A stretch of DNA of 59,049 bases, counting the filler, from Barthelona sp. PAP020 (Eukaryota), in assembly GCA_040182905.1 (NCBI GenBank). It is 2 parts of 2 records of this genome, joined end to end, with 100 filler letters (N's around TTAATTAATTAA, not from the genome) between each part and the next. Parts side by side here need not be neighbours in the genome. Positions count along the whole stretch, not along the records: positions 29,576 to 59,049 come from JARQWU010000118.1; 1 more part is not named here. The stretch is one strand, 5' to 3'. The translations under genes and the position numbers were made by a program. Below are positions 29,576 to 41,269 of this stretch, in pieces (the stretch's first letter is position 1; every line of letters begins with the position of its first letter). The notes under the pieces were generated by a model. The model saw only the letters and a list, made by a program, of their open reading frames with translations. It had not been told where the DNA came from and did no database searches.

Positions 29576-30623
29576 CGATTCTGATGTTACCCAAGGCATG
29601 GAATTTCATACGTGGTTTTCTATCCACACGCTTCATATCAATAGAACCAGGGAACATCTTATCACACATTTCACAAAGGATAACACCAGATTTCAAATCT
29701 TCCAACAAATTGTTAACAGGTGTTTCAATTCCCAAACCAGTGATCCAAGAAGAATATGATCTCTGTTCCCTTGTTCCTTCGAAATTGAAACCTTCCAAGA
29801 AAGCCATCAAATCAGCCTCCTCTTCTTTACTGAGAACAAGACCATGATTATAGTTGAAAATTTGAGCCAATAAAGCCAAGCATAAACGACTGTGTCCCTT
29901 CATAATCATCTTAAAAGAAATCCAAACTTTAAGACCCAATTCAGAGTCCAAAATACCCCAAATATAGGCAAAACGTTCTTCAATTTCCATATTCAACACC
30001 AATTCAAGGTCAAATTTGTTTTCGCACAAATGATAGATCAAAATGGCCAAGACAGTACCATCTTTCAAGGAAGTGGAAGCATTTTCAACAACACGAGATG
30101 AATCATACTTTGAAACGAAATAATTTATCCAACGAATCAAAAGTTCATCAATGTTAAGATTAAGGATATCACTGAACTCCTCCTCATCCTTCAAAAGTAA
30201 AGATAATTCAGGAACTTTTTTAATGGTAATTTTAGATGCCAAAGCAGATTTAAGAATTTGCCACAACAAAGCAAGAATGGGAACTTTTTCTCCATTGAAA
30301 ACCGCTTGTTCATCAGTACCAACCAAAGAACAACCAAGACCTTTCATAGAACCAATGACCAATCTTAAATTACTTGCACTTTCATAAGGATTCATTTTTG
30401 GCTTTTGAATAACAGCTCTAATATCAATTGCATCAGGAATTGTTACGTTAATTAAATGAGATAATAAAATACCATCAGAAACAACAGTAAATACATCATC
30501 ACCAATTGTGTTAATAGGTATTCTGTCAGCAACTTCAGTCACATCTTGAAGGGCTGAATTGATAAAATTAATGTAAGAGATTTTTTCTTCGTCATCATAA
30601 CGTGCAAACGATGTATCTGCCAT
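29576..30623 (-). CDS. Fimbrin/plastin actin-bundling protein, 3'-truncated by the gap
   Basis: EEKISYINFIN, DGILLSHLIN..IPDAIDIRA, LALLWQI, ELLIRWINY and EGTREQRSYSSWI..LG give CH1, CH2 and the start of CH3. Confidence 0.92.
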
Positions 30624-30870
30624 TTTGTTTCCAAGTTATTGATAAAAAATAAAACAAAAAATTTCCAAGTATTTTGTATTATTTACAATCTGTGAATTTA
30701 ACTCAACTTTTTTTCCAAAAATTGCATGAAGATCAAAAGGGAACATTAAAAATAAAATTTACAGGAAAACTAATTTTCCCATTTTTCCACTTTGATTCAG
30801 TGTACCATTCACCCTTTGTCAATTTTCAAAATTTTTGATCAAATTGAAATTGCAATACGAACAAAACTAT

Positions 30871-31662
30871 ATGAAAGAAACTGTAAATTATAGTATCTTT
30901 ACTTGGGCTCTCAATGTACAGCATTATTTTTATGATGGTAAATCACTTTTATTAATCAACATGATTAGAATCAAAGACGAAACTGATTTTGGAGAAACAA
31001 CATTTTTAGCAAATGATATTATGGTTAATCCCGACACTAAAAAGCAATATGTTGCAAACTCTACGTCAATAATTAAAATAAGCATCTTTGGAATTGTCTT
31101 GAGACCCAATTCTCCATCTGAAAAAAAATTCCCTATCAAAACAATTAAATCTTGGGGCTTCTCATCAACAATATTTATGTTCTATCATATTGAATCATCA
31201 ACTTCCACCAAAAAATACTTATTTCAAACATTTCAGGCAGAAAAAATGTGTGACTTGCTTGGAAGCATAGTTGAAAAGTTAGTCATAGAAAAAAGATTAA
31301 AACAACTTCAAAAGAAAGATAATTCCTATTTAAGAGTTCCAGATCACATGTTACCAACAGAAGCTGAAGTTGATGATGCTCTTCAAGAAAACAGTAACAA
31401 GGTAGATAATTTAGTGGATCAACTAATCCCTGAAAATTGCTTTCGAAATGCAAATATAACTCTCTCCCCTTTATTGATTGACAAAATTAATCGGTCTAAA
31501 CAATCCCAAGGACACAAATCTACAAAGAGATTCAGTACAATTTCAGCCCCTCGAAAGGCCCAACGAGCCTCGTTGTCTTTCAAAAAGAGAAAGAGTTCTA
31601 ATAATCTATCATCAAAATCATCGGCACCGATAGATTTGCTGGACCTGGACCTTTTAACTTAG
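30871..31662 (+). CDS. Protein with FERM-C/PTB-like (PH-fold) domain and low-complexity tail
   Basis: IIKISIFGIVL...KKFPIKTIKSWGFS...YLFQTFQAEKMCDLL resembles the F3 lobe of talin/MyTH4-FERM proteins. Start codon uncertain. Confidence 0.55.
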   Translation: MKETVNYSIFTWALNVQHYFYDGKSLLLINMIRIKDETDFGETTFLANDIMVNPDTKKQYVANSTSIIKISIFGIVLRPNSPSEKKFPIKTIKSWGFSSTIFMFYHIESSTSTKKYLFQTFQAEKMCDLLGSIVEKLVIEKRLKQLQKKDNSYLRVPDHMLPTEAEVDDALQENSNKVDNLVDQLIPENCFRNANITLSPLLIDKINRSKQSQGHKSTKRFSTISAPRKAQRASLSFKKRKSSNNLSSKSSAPIDLLDLDLLT

Positions 31663-31864
31663 ATATTATAAAACGAATTCCCCCATAACACTTCTTTTAT
31701 TACCAATTTTTGCTTTGAATCACCTTCAAAGTCTAGAAAAATTTATTTTGATCCTAAAAACAAATCTGACTGATTCCACTTCCTGAAAAAAAAAAAAAAA
31801 AAACCCACAAAATTTCTTCTGAAAACTATACAATTTATACTCAAAACTTTTGAATCATGTTTGA

Positions 31865-34800
31865 CTATTTTTCATCATCTTCATTTACTACTCCAGGAAC
31901 AGAGAGAAAATCCATCATTGGTCTGTTATTTGAATCTCTTCGAGAAACGTTCAAATCAACTTCTAAATTAACAGGAATGCGACCCAGAAACTCAATTGTA
32001 TCAGACTGTTTTGACGTTGTTGTATTTACACTTGTTTCTAACATCTTATTATCAATCTCAACAGTATTATCTTTCTCATCATAAAAAACTTCATCTTCTT
32101 CATTAATTTTTAACGTTTGCAGTAAATCAATAGCAGGATCGGAAATAAATCCCGGCGTCACAGATAATCTACGATTAACTTCCTTTTTAATTTTTTCTTC
32201 TTCCTTATTCTTTAATTCTTCTTGTTCTTTAGCGTATGAACATTTTTGCAATTCAGTCAATATTGGAATATTAATGTATTGTGACAAAAATCCCAAAATA
32301 AACAACAGAATGTTTCCAACAACCAATAGAGAATCTATTGCACTAAAAACCAGTTTGCCTGTGCTGGATAAAGTGGAAGAATTCATGACAATACCACTAA
32401 ATAATACCACTAATGAAGACAACAGTGAAGAAAATTCCAACAAATCTGCTAAATCAGCATCAAAAGGCCTAGCATACGTATGAGCAATTAAAGCAGCAAA
32501 GATAAACATCAAGGCGAATAAAGCACTGTCAGTCTCATTTTGAGACAAGAAAATAATAGCTACCAAAACCAGTAATTTCCTCAACATCACTAAAGTTTCC
32601 CAATAACAATATTTTGGTTCATAACCTCCATATAATTTACCAAAATGAGATAAAGGTTTTGGATCTTTTAATTTGTCATATTTCAACCATCTCACCAATG
32701 TAATGAAAAAGATTGTAGGTATACCTAGAACGTAAACCAAAATTGCAAAGAATGGCAAATATCTACCAGAATTCCATTCACTTGAATAGCATATTAAACT
32801 TGGAGCTTTCTTTACAACTTTTCGTCCATCAGGCATGAGCACACAATCAAAATAACTTAAAGCTGTCTTACCCAAGAATGCATAGGAATAAATAATGAAA
32901 ATGACGAATCCTGCAACGGTTCTATCCCACATTCTTTCTTTCTTATCTTCCCTTTCCTTTTCATCATATTTGCAGATCAACATTAATCTGTAAAAGATGT
33001 TCACAATGAAAAACAGGAAAAGAATACCGAAAGGCAAACCCAAGAACAGATTCACCTGTTGCGAAAATGACAATGGCTTCACACATGCAGGAGACAGTAT
33101 TGATAAATCAAAATCCAAACTTTTTAAATAATTCCACACTTTGGTAACAAAATCAGGCCAAGGAAAACTAAATTCGTTAAACATAGATAAAACTTGCGAG
33201 AAATTAATGGCTATGGTAACCGAAGAGAGATCAAAATTGAAATTTTGGAAAAAACCACTTTCAGTGACGTTTTTAACCAAACCAGATGCAGATTCCAATA
33301 CAGAACCTCCTGAACTACTTGCAGCATTTCCAACAGACGCTGTTGTTGACTGCAAAACCTCAGTTAAATGCTCAATCCCTTCTTTTACATTATCACCCAC
33401 CTCCATAAGATCACCGGCTGGTACAGCAATTGCCAACAACAAAGCAACAACACCGAATCCACTAAATAGTATAATGATAACAAAGAAAGAAGTGCCTCTA
33501 GGACATTCAGAACAATTTCCACTTGATACATAATAGCCATCAGGACATTCAGTACAACGTTCACCAGTCCATGAAGAACTACAATACGTACTTTGTAAAT
33601 TAAAAGTGACATTTCCCCCTTGACAGGCACCAGAAGGAATGCAAGCATATACATAATCTGGACTATTTGCATCGACCCAATAACCAGCATCTGGTATGGG
33701 ATAAGGTGTTCCAACAGGACAACTACTACCACTTGGACAAGCTTTACAAGGACCACCAGCAGGACCATAATAACCTGCATCACAAATACAATTAGTTGCG
33801 TTTGTTGAACCTTTATCCGAGTGCGAATTATTCACACATTTATAACATTCAGACATACCTGTGATGTTGGCAAAATAATTGGCGGCACAGAATTTACATG
33901 AGGACGAACCGACTGTGTCTGAATACTGTCCTTTTGGACATTTTTGACATGCTTGAGTATATACAGCTGCATATTCTCCAACAACACATCCATTTATTTT
34001 GATTTCAAAACCTGTGTTAACAAACGATACACCATCAAATGCAACATACACTATACCTTGTCCAATAGCAGCATAATTGTCAAACTTGAAGGTTAATTCC
34101 GTGGCAGAATTGGTGAGAGCATTAAATTCTTTCAAAGCAACACCGTTAACTTTAATTCCAATTTTGCTTCGTGAGGACGATGGCAAATCTTCTCCAACAA
34201 TCTTAATTGAATTATTGTAACCAGATTGCAAAACTGAAGTCACATTGACAGAGTTAAATTTATAATCGGCAAAGATAAACGAAACGTACTCTCTGTAACT
34301 AACTGTATATTTGTTTTCAAAGAAATAGTTTATGTAGAAACCATCAACAGAATCATTGAGATTGCCAACACATAATTCAGTCAAATTAGCGGGAGAACTG
34401 AATGTATGAACATTAGTTGTCGCATTATACGACGGTTCATATTGTTTCCAGAATGTTTCAACGTCATCTTCATTTACCAACGTTAAGTTGAATAATAACT
34501 TATCACCTGACGCAGGAACCAAATTAAAAACAAAATCAATCGACTGTTGTTCTTCATAATAACAAGGATGACGAATGGATAAAGTAGATGCTGTTTGAAG
34601 TGCCAAATAAAAACTGTTGTTTACTGTTAACGGCAAATCCCACACTGGCTCCTCAAAATCAATACCATTTGGTGCAATTGCCAAATACAACACTGTTTCA
34701 TCCGTATCGAATTCTTCAGTGGTCATTTTGATAGTGGTGAAATTTTCTAGAGTTCCCTTAAGTTCCTGCAAGACTCTTTCATCAAGATCAATGATATGGA

Positions 34801-37800
34801 TTAAAAAGTTCTTGGTGGGAGGATTCACACTCGTAGTTAAAGTAAATGTTTGTTCTCCCTTGGTTACAAGAAAGTTAGGTTCAATTTTAAATAACTCAGG
34901 ATCATTGTAAATAGCAATGACGACTGTAGAAGTGGAAAAATCATGATTATTCATAGAAACACTAATGACATAATATGTATACCCGAATTTGTTATCTGTT
35001 TCATCCTGAGCAGGTTTAGTAAATTGAACACTGTTAGATTCGTATAAAATATCAGCATTCAACAAGATTGTTGGTAAACCTTCGTCATTTGTCAATTTTA
35101 CATACGCTTTAGTAATCTTAGGATACAAGGATTGTAAACTTGTACTGATCTGATATGTCTTATTCAATTTTGCATTGACTAAAGAAGGTTCAATTGAAAT
35201 AAAAGTTGGTTCTTTGTAAATGATTGAATAAAAAGGATCAGAATACAAATAATTTGAAAACTTAGTGTAAATAGGCAAGTTTAACAACATATTTTTAACC
35301 GTTGAAGGAAACCCTGCAACAACATACATCTTATTTACACTATTATCCAATTGAATTAACCTTTCACCAAAATAAAAAGCATCATCATCAACATTATACG
35401 TAAAATACGGATTTGTTTCATCAAAGATTACCGTGTCCAAATCAGTAAAATCTAAGCTGTAAACATCGTCAGCCTTTACATAAAATATCAAAGGGGAACC
35501 TTTGAACACAGGATCTGAATTTGTCTTTAGATACCATTTTCCATTGCTAAAGGAATTTGATAAATAAGCATGATCTAACGTCATGTAAGTAGGTTTGTTT
35601 ATAACTTTAAACTTGCCTATACTTGGTTTAAACCATTTATTTTCCTTATCTACATCAAAACTAACATCAACAGTACCAATAGTTAAAAATTTAACATTGA
35701 TTTTTGAAAATGTAATCACTGCTCCACCATCAGCATTTGTTTCAATCATATATTCCATATAGTTAGGACTTCCCGCTGTTGCGTCTGTTGAAAACGTGTA
35801 TTCTTCATTATTAAGAACTAATTTCAATTGCAAATCATAAAAATAAGTGAAAAAACCTTCTAAGAAATTCTGATCAATTTCAAAACCAATTTCAAAATCA
35901 TTGATATCCATCAAAGCTATCTTATAGATATCATCCATATTAATACCACCAAAATAAGCATTAACTCCTGTGTCAACAAGAGTGCTATCCCCTTCTAAAT
36001 ACGTAGTCATATCAGAAACAATATTAATTCTATAAATACCCAAAGGAATACCCAAAAATGTGGCAGAAAATTTGCGATGCGCAGTAACCATCAATATCTT
36101 CCCGCCAAAATAGACTTTTCCAGTATTTAAATTCTTTAAAGTAACCTTGGAAACAACAGAACCAATATTAGCTCCTTCAAACATAACTAAACCCATAAAA
36201 AAAGTGTCACTTGTGACGTTAAAACTATCACCTAACGATGGACTTGCAATGCTTTGCGTTACAGTAGTGTTAAAAGCTCCTATTCCAATAAATACCGTGG
36301 CATCTTGATAACTGAAGTCAATATTTGTTAAATCACTTACTAAATGAGGTAAAACACAAGTAAATGATTGCGTTTGTACTTTCCAAGCAAAAGTGGTACA
36401 AAACGCAACATTTCCCATGAAAGTGACATTAACTTGCAACACACTTAGATCAAATCCAAGGTTTCCACCTGATACTGAAACAACTCCACCACTATACACC
36501 AAATCATTGTCTAAACTGCTAAAATAAGGATCACCATAATTGACTGTAACATCATAATAATCGCTAAATTCAGTTGTTATTTTATAATTATGATTCGTCC
36601 CTGATCCTGAAGGATACATCAGTCTAATGGTATTCGGTGGAATAATGGTAGCATGTTTGTTAATTGGGAGCAAAACATTATCAAAATATGTATCTATAGT
36701 CCAAGAACTCTTTGGATGTGTGCAATTCTTCAAACCAAAAGAAGAAGTAAATGTATTAATTTCACCTAATTGTTCAATATCCTTTGATACACCAACTGCA
36801 TTGAATAATAAAGCAACTTGAACTTCAAAATAAATTTTGTAAAATGACTCAGGGTTACATTTATCAATTATATAAATGTAAATGGTACTGTCAATAGCAA
36901 ACCTCATTTCATCGAAGATAACAAAATCTTTAATCGAACAAGAAGCATCAATAGCATTGAAAGTACTGCCATTTACAACATAAAATTCCTCCGACAACAA
37001 AAGACTTCGATAATTGGGAAACTTGATGAAGAATCTCGTCATTTCAGAAATGTATTCAGTGTCATACTCCATATCAACATCAACCATACCTGTTGGGAAA
37101 TTCAACATGTAGCTAATATTTCGAGAAATACCGATACCAGGTCCACTTAAATATCCATTAAAAGCAAATGGAATTATTAAATCAATCAACGTATCCTTAT
37201 CAATAATAACATCAGCATCAAAAGTATTTCTTTCCGATCTTAAAATAGTACCATTCATATGGACCCTAATCAGAGCTTGATTTGTACTTGAAATAAATAA
37301 AATGTAACCACTGTCTGAAGTAACAACAGAAATAGCGTGTGAAATTTCACCCATCCAAAATATTTGTTCAGAAGGAAAAATTACCTTTGAATCAGCATAC
37401 TTTACAATTTTCACTTCCCCTTGACTGGTTTTGGAAGCAAATAAAACACTTTCAGTGTTTTCGAAATTCATTGAAGTTCCTTCAATAATATTGTAATCAT
37501 TTTCTAAACCAGAGATTGTTGTTACATCATCATCATCAATTACAAAAGATAATGTGACAGCATCAACTAGTGTAATTGAACCACAAAATTCACTCGTTGC
37601 TGAATCATACAAAACACAAAAATAGTTGTCATTTTGCATGTTCAAAATTGGCTTGTTTCCTACTTCAACCAACAACTCATAAGTTTCGATGGAACTTTTC
37701 CCAGGAATCAAACAATAAATATTTTTATTCAAAATTTCAGTGGTGCTATCCGTTCCACCAATGGCACAAATGATCGTGGGATTCATTGGCAACAAAAATA

Positions 37801-39211
37801 CAGTCTCATTAACCAAACTTGGAAAAGAAGCCAAAGAAGACAATGACCATGTTCCATTGCCATTCATATACAAAGGGAACAACTCATCATCCAAAGTACC
37901 AATCAAACATCCACCGTTTCCTTGTATATCAAGGAAAGAACATTGAGTTAGATACGAATGTGGCTTAAAACCAATATTATATGAAGTGTAGCTTTCAATA
38001 TAAAAAAATGTATTGTCTAATAGCCCATTGTTGGGAAATAAAATCGAAAAATTACCAGTTGAACTGACAACTAACACAGCAACAGTGTCATCCGAAGCAT
38101 ATACAAATTGAGGAAATTTTCCATCCTCAATTAATACACGTCTTTTATCCAAATATTTGAAAGTGTTCAGATATGTCAATGAATTCTGATATATCTTCAA
38201 ATAAGTATTGTGTATATCAAAATTTACATCACTATGTATCAAATAGTTTCCATCAATAGACATAGTTGATAAATACATGTTATCATACTCAGCTTCACTG
38301 TAAGTATAAGTGAAAAATGTATCATTACAAAATGTTGACCATTGTCTCAATTTTTCATTAAACTCCCATCGCACAAATGGATCAGTAATACTTAACGGCA
38401 ATGTTTCTCCAGTAGCATATAATGTCACTGCATTAGAATTACCAGAGTCAATCTTTGTTGAATAAATATCTGTTCCTACAACAAAAAATGCCTTTCCATT
38501 TGGTGTACTATCAAAAAACCAGGGAATACCGGTTATAGCAAAAGACTGCATGCAAGTTCCTGGATATTCAAAAATTTTCTCAACACACATCGAATTCACA
38601 GTACCACCAAATACTGGAGAAAAAGAATACATGTCTGTAAAGTACATTCCAAATTTCACATCAGCCGATTCAATGTGAGTTTCAGAAGATCCAGTTCGGT
38701 CAACCAATTCAAGAGATTCAAAATAATAATAGTTCCCTATGATACTGTTGATATTCCAAACATTCACGTGAGTACCATTAAACAATCCAATGTTGTTCTG
38801 AATTTTTGTACAATCAATATTGTTATTTAAATCAATATTTCTTAATTTAACAATACTTGTAACTGGGTCAAACAAAAAAGCTTTGGCATCAGTATTTGGC
38901 TTTCTTGTGGGAATAACTAACACACTACCACCCAAATTGAAAGCTCGGCAATGATCAAATTTAAATGATAAATCAACAGCAGAAGTGAAATCAAAATCAT
39001 CATGATTAGAGTTTAAACCCATAATCTTCAAATCATAAGTTGTTTCACTTAATTTGTAAGTTCCCCCAAAGAACCAATATTTTTCGTGAATATTAATATG
39101 ACAACCACCAACTCTGCTTGAAAATAGTGTTGCTTTTGAACTTAAAGTTGTGGCATCAACAAACCATATACAGGTTATTAAAAATATTAATATTTGTAAA
39201 AGGTTTTGCAT
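31865..39211 (-). CDS. Giant (2448 aa) cell-surface protein: signal peptide, beta-rich/IPT-like ectodomain, Cys-rich ephrin-receptor-like repeats, multi-pass TRP-like membrane domain
   Basis: N-terminal signal peptide; IPT-like starts (EPTFISIEPS, DPELFKIEPN); CQKCPKGQYS and CKACPSG repeats; about 8-9 TM segments with FGKLYGGYEPKYCYWETLVMLRKL. Confidence 0.85.
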   Translation of the reverse strand: MQNLLQILIFLITCIWFVDATTLSSKATLFSSRVGGCHINIHEKYWFFGGTYKLSETTYDLKIMGLNSNHDDFDFTSAVDLSFKFDHCRAFNLGGSVLVIPTRKPNTDAKAFLFDPVTSIVKLRNIDLNNNIDCTKIQNNIGLFNGTHVNVWNINSIIGNYYYFESLELVDRTGSSETHIESADVKFGMYFTDMYSFSPVFGGTVNSMCVEKIFEYPGTCMQSFAITGIPWFFDSTPNGKAFFVVGTDIYSTKIDSGNSNAVTLYATGETLPLSITDPFVRWEFNEKLRQWSTFCNDTFFTYTYSEAEYDNMYLSTMSIDGNYLIHSDVNFDIHNTYLKIYQNSLTYLNTFKYLDKRRVLIEDGKFPQFVYASDDTVAVLVVSSTGNFSILFPNNGLLDNTFFYIESYTSYNIGFKPHSYLTQCSFLDIQGNGGCLIGTLDDELFPLYMNGNGTWSLSSLASFPSLVNETVFLLPMNPTIICAIGGTDSTTEILNKNIYCLIPGKSSIETYELLVEVGNKPILNMQNDNYFCVLYDSATSEFCGSITLVDAVTLSFVIDDDDVTTISGLENDYNIIEGTSMNFENTESVLFASKTSQGEVKIVKYADSKVIFPSEQIFWMGEISHAISVVTSDSGYILFISSTNQALIRVHMNGTILRSERNTFDADVIIDKDTLIDLIIPFAFNGYLSGPGIGISRNISYMLNFPTGMVDVDMEYDTEYISEMTRFFIKFPNYRSLLLSEEFYVVNGSTFNAIDASCSIKDFVIFDEMRFAIDSTIYIYIIDKCNPESFYKIYFEVQVALLFNAVGVSKDIEQLGEINTFTSSFGLKNCTHPKSSWTIDTYFDNVLLPINKHATIIPPNTIRLMYPSGSGTNHNYKITTEFSDYYDVTVNYGDPYFSSLDNDLVYSGGVVSVSGGNLGFDLSVLQVNVTFMGNVAFCTTFAWKVQTQSFTCVLPHLVSDLTNIDFSYQDATVFIGIGAFNTTVTQSIASPSLGDSFNVTSDTFFMGLVMFEGANIGSVVSKVTLKNLNTGKVYFGGKILMVTAHRKFSATFLGIPLGIYRINIVSDMTTYLEGDSTLVDTGVNAYFGGINMDDIYKIALMDINDFEIGFEIDQNFLEGFFTYFYDLQLKLVLNNEEYTFSTDATAGSPNYMEYMIETNADGGAVITFSKINVKFLTIGTVDVSFDVDKENKWFKPSIGKFKVINKPTYMTLDHAYLSNSFSNGKWYLKTNSDPVFKGSPLIFYVKADDVYSLDFTDLDTVIFDETNPYFTYNVDDDAFYFGERLIQLDNSVNKMYVVAGFPSTVKNMLLNLPIYTKFSNYLYSDPFYSIIYKEPTFISIEPSLVNAKLNKTYQISTSLQSLYPKITKAYVKLTNDEGLPTILLNADILYESNSVQFTKPAQDETDNKFGYTYYVISVSMNNHDFSTSTVVIAIYNDPELFKIEPNFLVTKGEQTFTLTTSVNPPTKNFLIHIIDLDERVLQELKGTLENFTTIKMTTEEFDTDETVLYLAIAPNGIDFEEPVWDLPLTVNNSFYLALQTASTLSIRHPCYYEEQQSIDFVFNLVPASGDKLLFNLTLVNEDDVETFWKQYEPSYNATTNVHTFSSPANLTELCVGNLNDSVDGFYINYFFENKYTVSYREYVSFIFADYKFNSVNVTSVLQSGYNNSIKIVGEDLPSSSRSKIGIKVNGVALKEFNALTNSATELTFKFDNYAAIGQGIVYVAFDGVSFVNTGFEIKINGCVVGEYAAVYTQACQKCPKGQYSDTVGSSSCKFCAANYFANITGMSECYKCVNNSHSDKGSTNATNCICDAGYYGPAGGPCKACPSGSSCPVGTPYPIPDAGYWVDANSPDYVYACIPSGACQGGNVTFNLQSTYCSSSWTGERCTECPDGYYVSSGNCSECPRGTSFFVIIILFSGFGVVALLLAIAVPAGDLMEVGDNVKEGIEHLTEVLQSTTASVGNAASSSGGSVLESASGLVKNVTESGFFQNFNFDLSSVTIAINFSQVLSMFNEFSFPWPDFVTKVWNYLKSLDFDLSILSPACVKPLSFSQQVNLFLGLPFGILFLFFIVNIFYRLMLICKYDEKEREDKKERMWDRTVAGFVIFIIYSYAFLGKTALSYFDCVLMPDGRKVVKKAPSLICYSSEWNSGRYLPFFAILVYVLGIPTIFFITLVRWLKYDKLKDPKPLSHFGKLYGGYEPKYCYWETLVMLRKLLVLVAIIFLSQNETDSALFALMFIFAALIAHTYARPFDADLADLLEFSSLLSSLVVLFSGIVMNSSTLSSTGKLVFSAIDSLLVVGNILLFILGFLSQYINIPILTELQKCSYAKEQEELKNKEEEKIKKEVNRRLSVTPGFISDPAIDLLQTLKINEEDEVFYDEKDNTVEIDNKMLETSVNTTTSKQSDTIEFLGRIPVNLEVDLNVSRRDSNNRPMMDFLSVPGVVNEDDEK

Positions 39212-39774
39212 ACAAATAATAACGTAGAAATATATTAAAAATTAAAAATAGCGTTCAAAAAATGGAGTGTTCAAAAAAAGAATTCTATTTTTGTTTTTCG
39301 GCATGATTTTCTGATAAAATTTTGATATGTTATTTCATTTATCTATTGTACAGAACATGGGTAGTTCTTTTCTTTGGGTGAAAGAAAAACTCTTTGTCAG
39401 AAGGCTAATCAGATCTTCTCAAAACAAAAAGAAATTCATTGCAATAATTGCCAATTACTTATCATAATACAAAAGTTGATAGTTGCAACTGAAAATTGTT
39501 TCCAAGCTTGCGAGATCAAATAATTTTTGAAGAAGAAAATTTTTATTTCTTTTTGTTTGCCATAAAATTCTTTGAAATAATAAGCCACACGTTGATATTT
39601 CTTCAATTTGATGGTAATTTTATAAGACACAAATTTACTTTTGATTCAATTCTCAATATTTCGAACAATCTCAAACAAAACCGATGAAAATAAATAAAAG
39701 ATTAATTTATTATTTTAAAATTAAAAAATTTCAAAAGTTATCTGTGTGTATGGAAAAGAGAGTTCAGATACATA

Positions 39775-40716
39775 TTATAAGGCACCAAATCTTCTACTCC
39801 TTCTAAAATACTCTTCTAAACAATGATTTAAAGCCAATCCATCAAATTCAGGCCAATAACGATCAATGAAAACAAGCTCTGAATAAGTACTTTGCCAAGT
39901 CAAAAAGTTACTCAATCTATACTCTCCAGAAGTTCTAATGATCAAATCACAAGGAGGAGTAGACATATTTTCAGTAATTTTTTCTTCATTGAGCGATTTA
40001 ATAAGACGGTCCTTGAATAATTCCACGTTATTATCACAATTGCAAATCTTTTCACTTTCTTTTTTTATACATTGATGTATTGAATTAACAATGTCATTAT
40101 GTCCACTGTAAGAGAGGGCGAAAACAAATGTTGTTCCCTTATGATCCTTTGTAGATTCTTCAGCATCACGTATTAATTCTTGCAGCTCTTTGTCAAATGA
40201 TTCAATATTTCCAATGCTCTTAAAAACACCATCATTGTTTTCAATGTATTGTTTTTGATTTTTCAAAAAATCCTTCAATAAATTCATCAAATAGTTGACT
40301 TCATCAGCTGGTCGCTTCCAATTCTCTTGAGAAAAACAATAAAAAGTGATCATAGAAATTTTAAGCTTTGTAACATGTTCTATCAAACTTTTAACAACAT
40401 CTGCACCCTTTCTATGACCTTCTACTCTTGGTAAACCTTGTTTCTTTGCCCATCTTCCATTTCCATCCATAATAATGCCAATATGATTCGGTAACTTTTC
40501 ACAGTCTAATTGATTCTTTGTTATCCTTTTTCTTTGTCTTGTTTTGATAACATCAATAATTTTGTTAAATAATGGTTTGATTGACAAATCTTTTGTGAAT
40601 ATATAAATTGTCACAAATAAAACTACTAAAAATGGAGATAAACTATTATTTTTTGAACCTAAATATAATAAAAGTGAAGCTTCAAACACTCCTATAATAT
40701 TTAGAAACAATTTCAT
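39775..40716 (-). CDS. cis-prenyltransferase, homomeric UppS-like, with N-terminal hydrophobic anchor
   Basis: LPNHIGIIMDGNGRWA, FSQENWKRP, DLIIRTSGEYRLSNFLTWQ, YWPEF and C-terminal RRFG. ATG at 40716. Confidence 0.93.
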   Translation of the reverse strand: MKLFLNIIGVFEASLLLYLGSKNNSLSPFLVVLFVTIYIFTKDLSIKPLFNKIIDVIKTRQRKRITKNQLDCEKLPNHIGIIMDGNGRWAKKQGLPRVEGHRKGADVVKSLIEHVTKLKISMITFYCFSQENWKRPADEVNYLMNLLKDFLKNQKQYIENNDGVFKSIGNIESFDKELQELIRDAEESTKDHKGTTFVFALSYSGHNDIVNSIHQCIKKESEKICNCDNNVELFKDRLIKSLNEEKITENMSTPPCDLIIRTSGEYRLSNFLTWQSTYSELVFIDRYWPEFDGLALNHCLEEYFRRSRRFGAL

Positions 40717-41269
40717 AGTCAAAAAAAAAAAATTATTGCCCATACATATTGTCTCAAATTGAATTTCTTTCCCTTTCATGGAAGAAAATAAATTTGGAAA
40801 TTAATAATTTTGATTTTTTGTGTTCATTGATAAAGTTTATTAAATTCAGAAATATGAAAAGATTCATTGGGTAAGATTTCCTCTTTTTGGGAATTTGTAG
40901 CGAATATCTTGCTAAAAATATGACAAATTATTTTGCTGTAAAACTATGACAATTTAAAAATCAGACAACGAAAACAAAAAAATAACTGAAAACTTGAGTT
41001 CGGCTTCAGTTTAGAAATCTTCTCAATGACCAATTGTTGATAATAGCAGAAGATAAAAACTTATGGCTTGCATACACAAAAAAAGAAAGTTGTGAGAAAA
41101 GCCTGATTCAATGATTCAAGATCTTTTCATTAACTCATAGTTTAATTTGCTTAAGTTTCAATGTTTTGTTATTTTAATATGACGTAAATCTAATTGAAAA
41201 GAGTTTTAACGTTGTTTTTCAACAAAAGAATACTCAAAAATAATTTTACAAAGAGTTTTACAAATTTTA

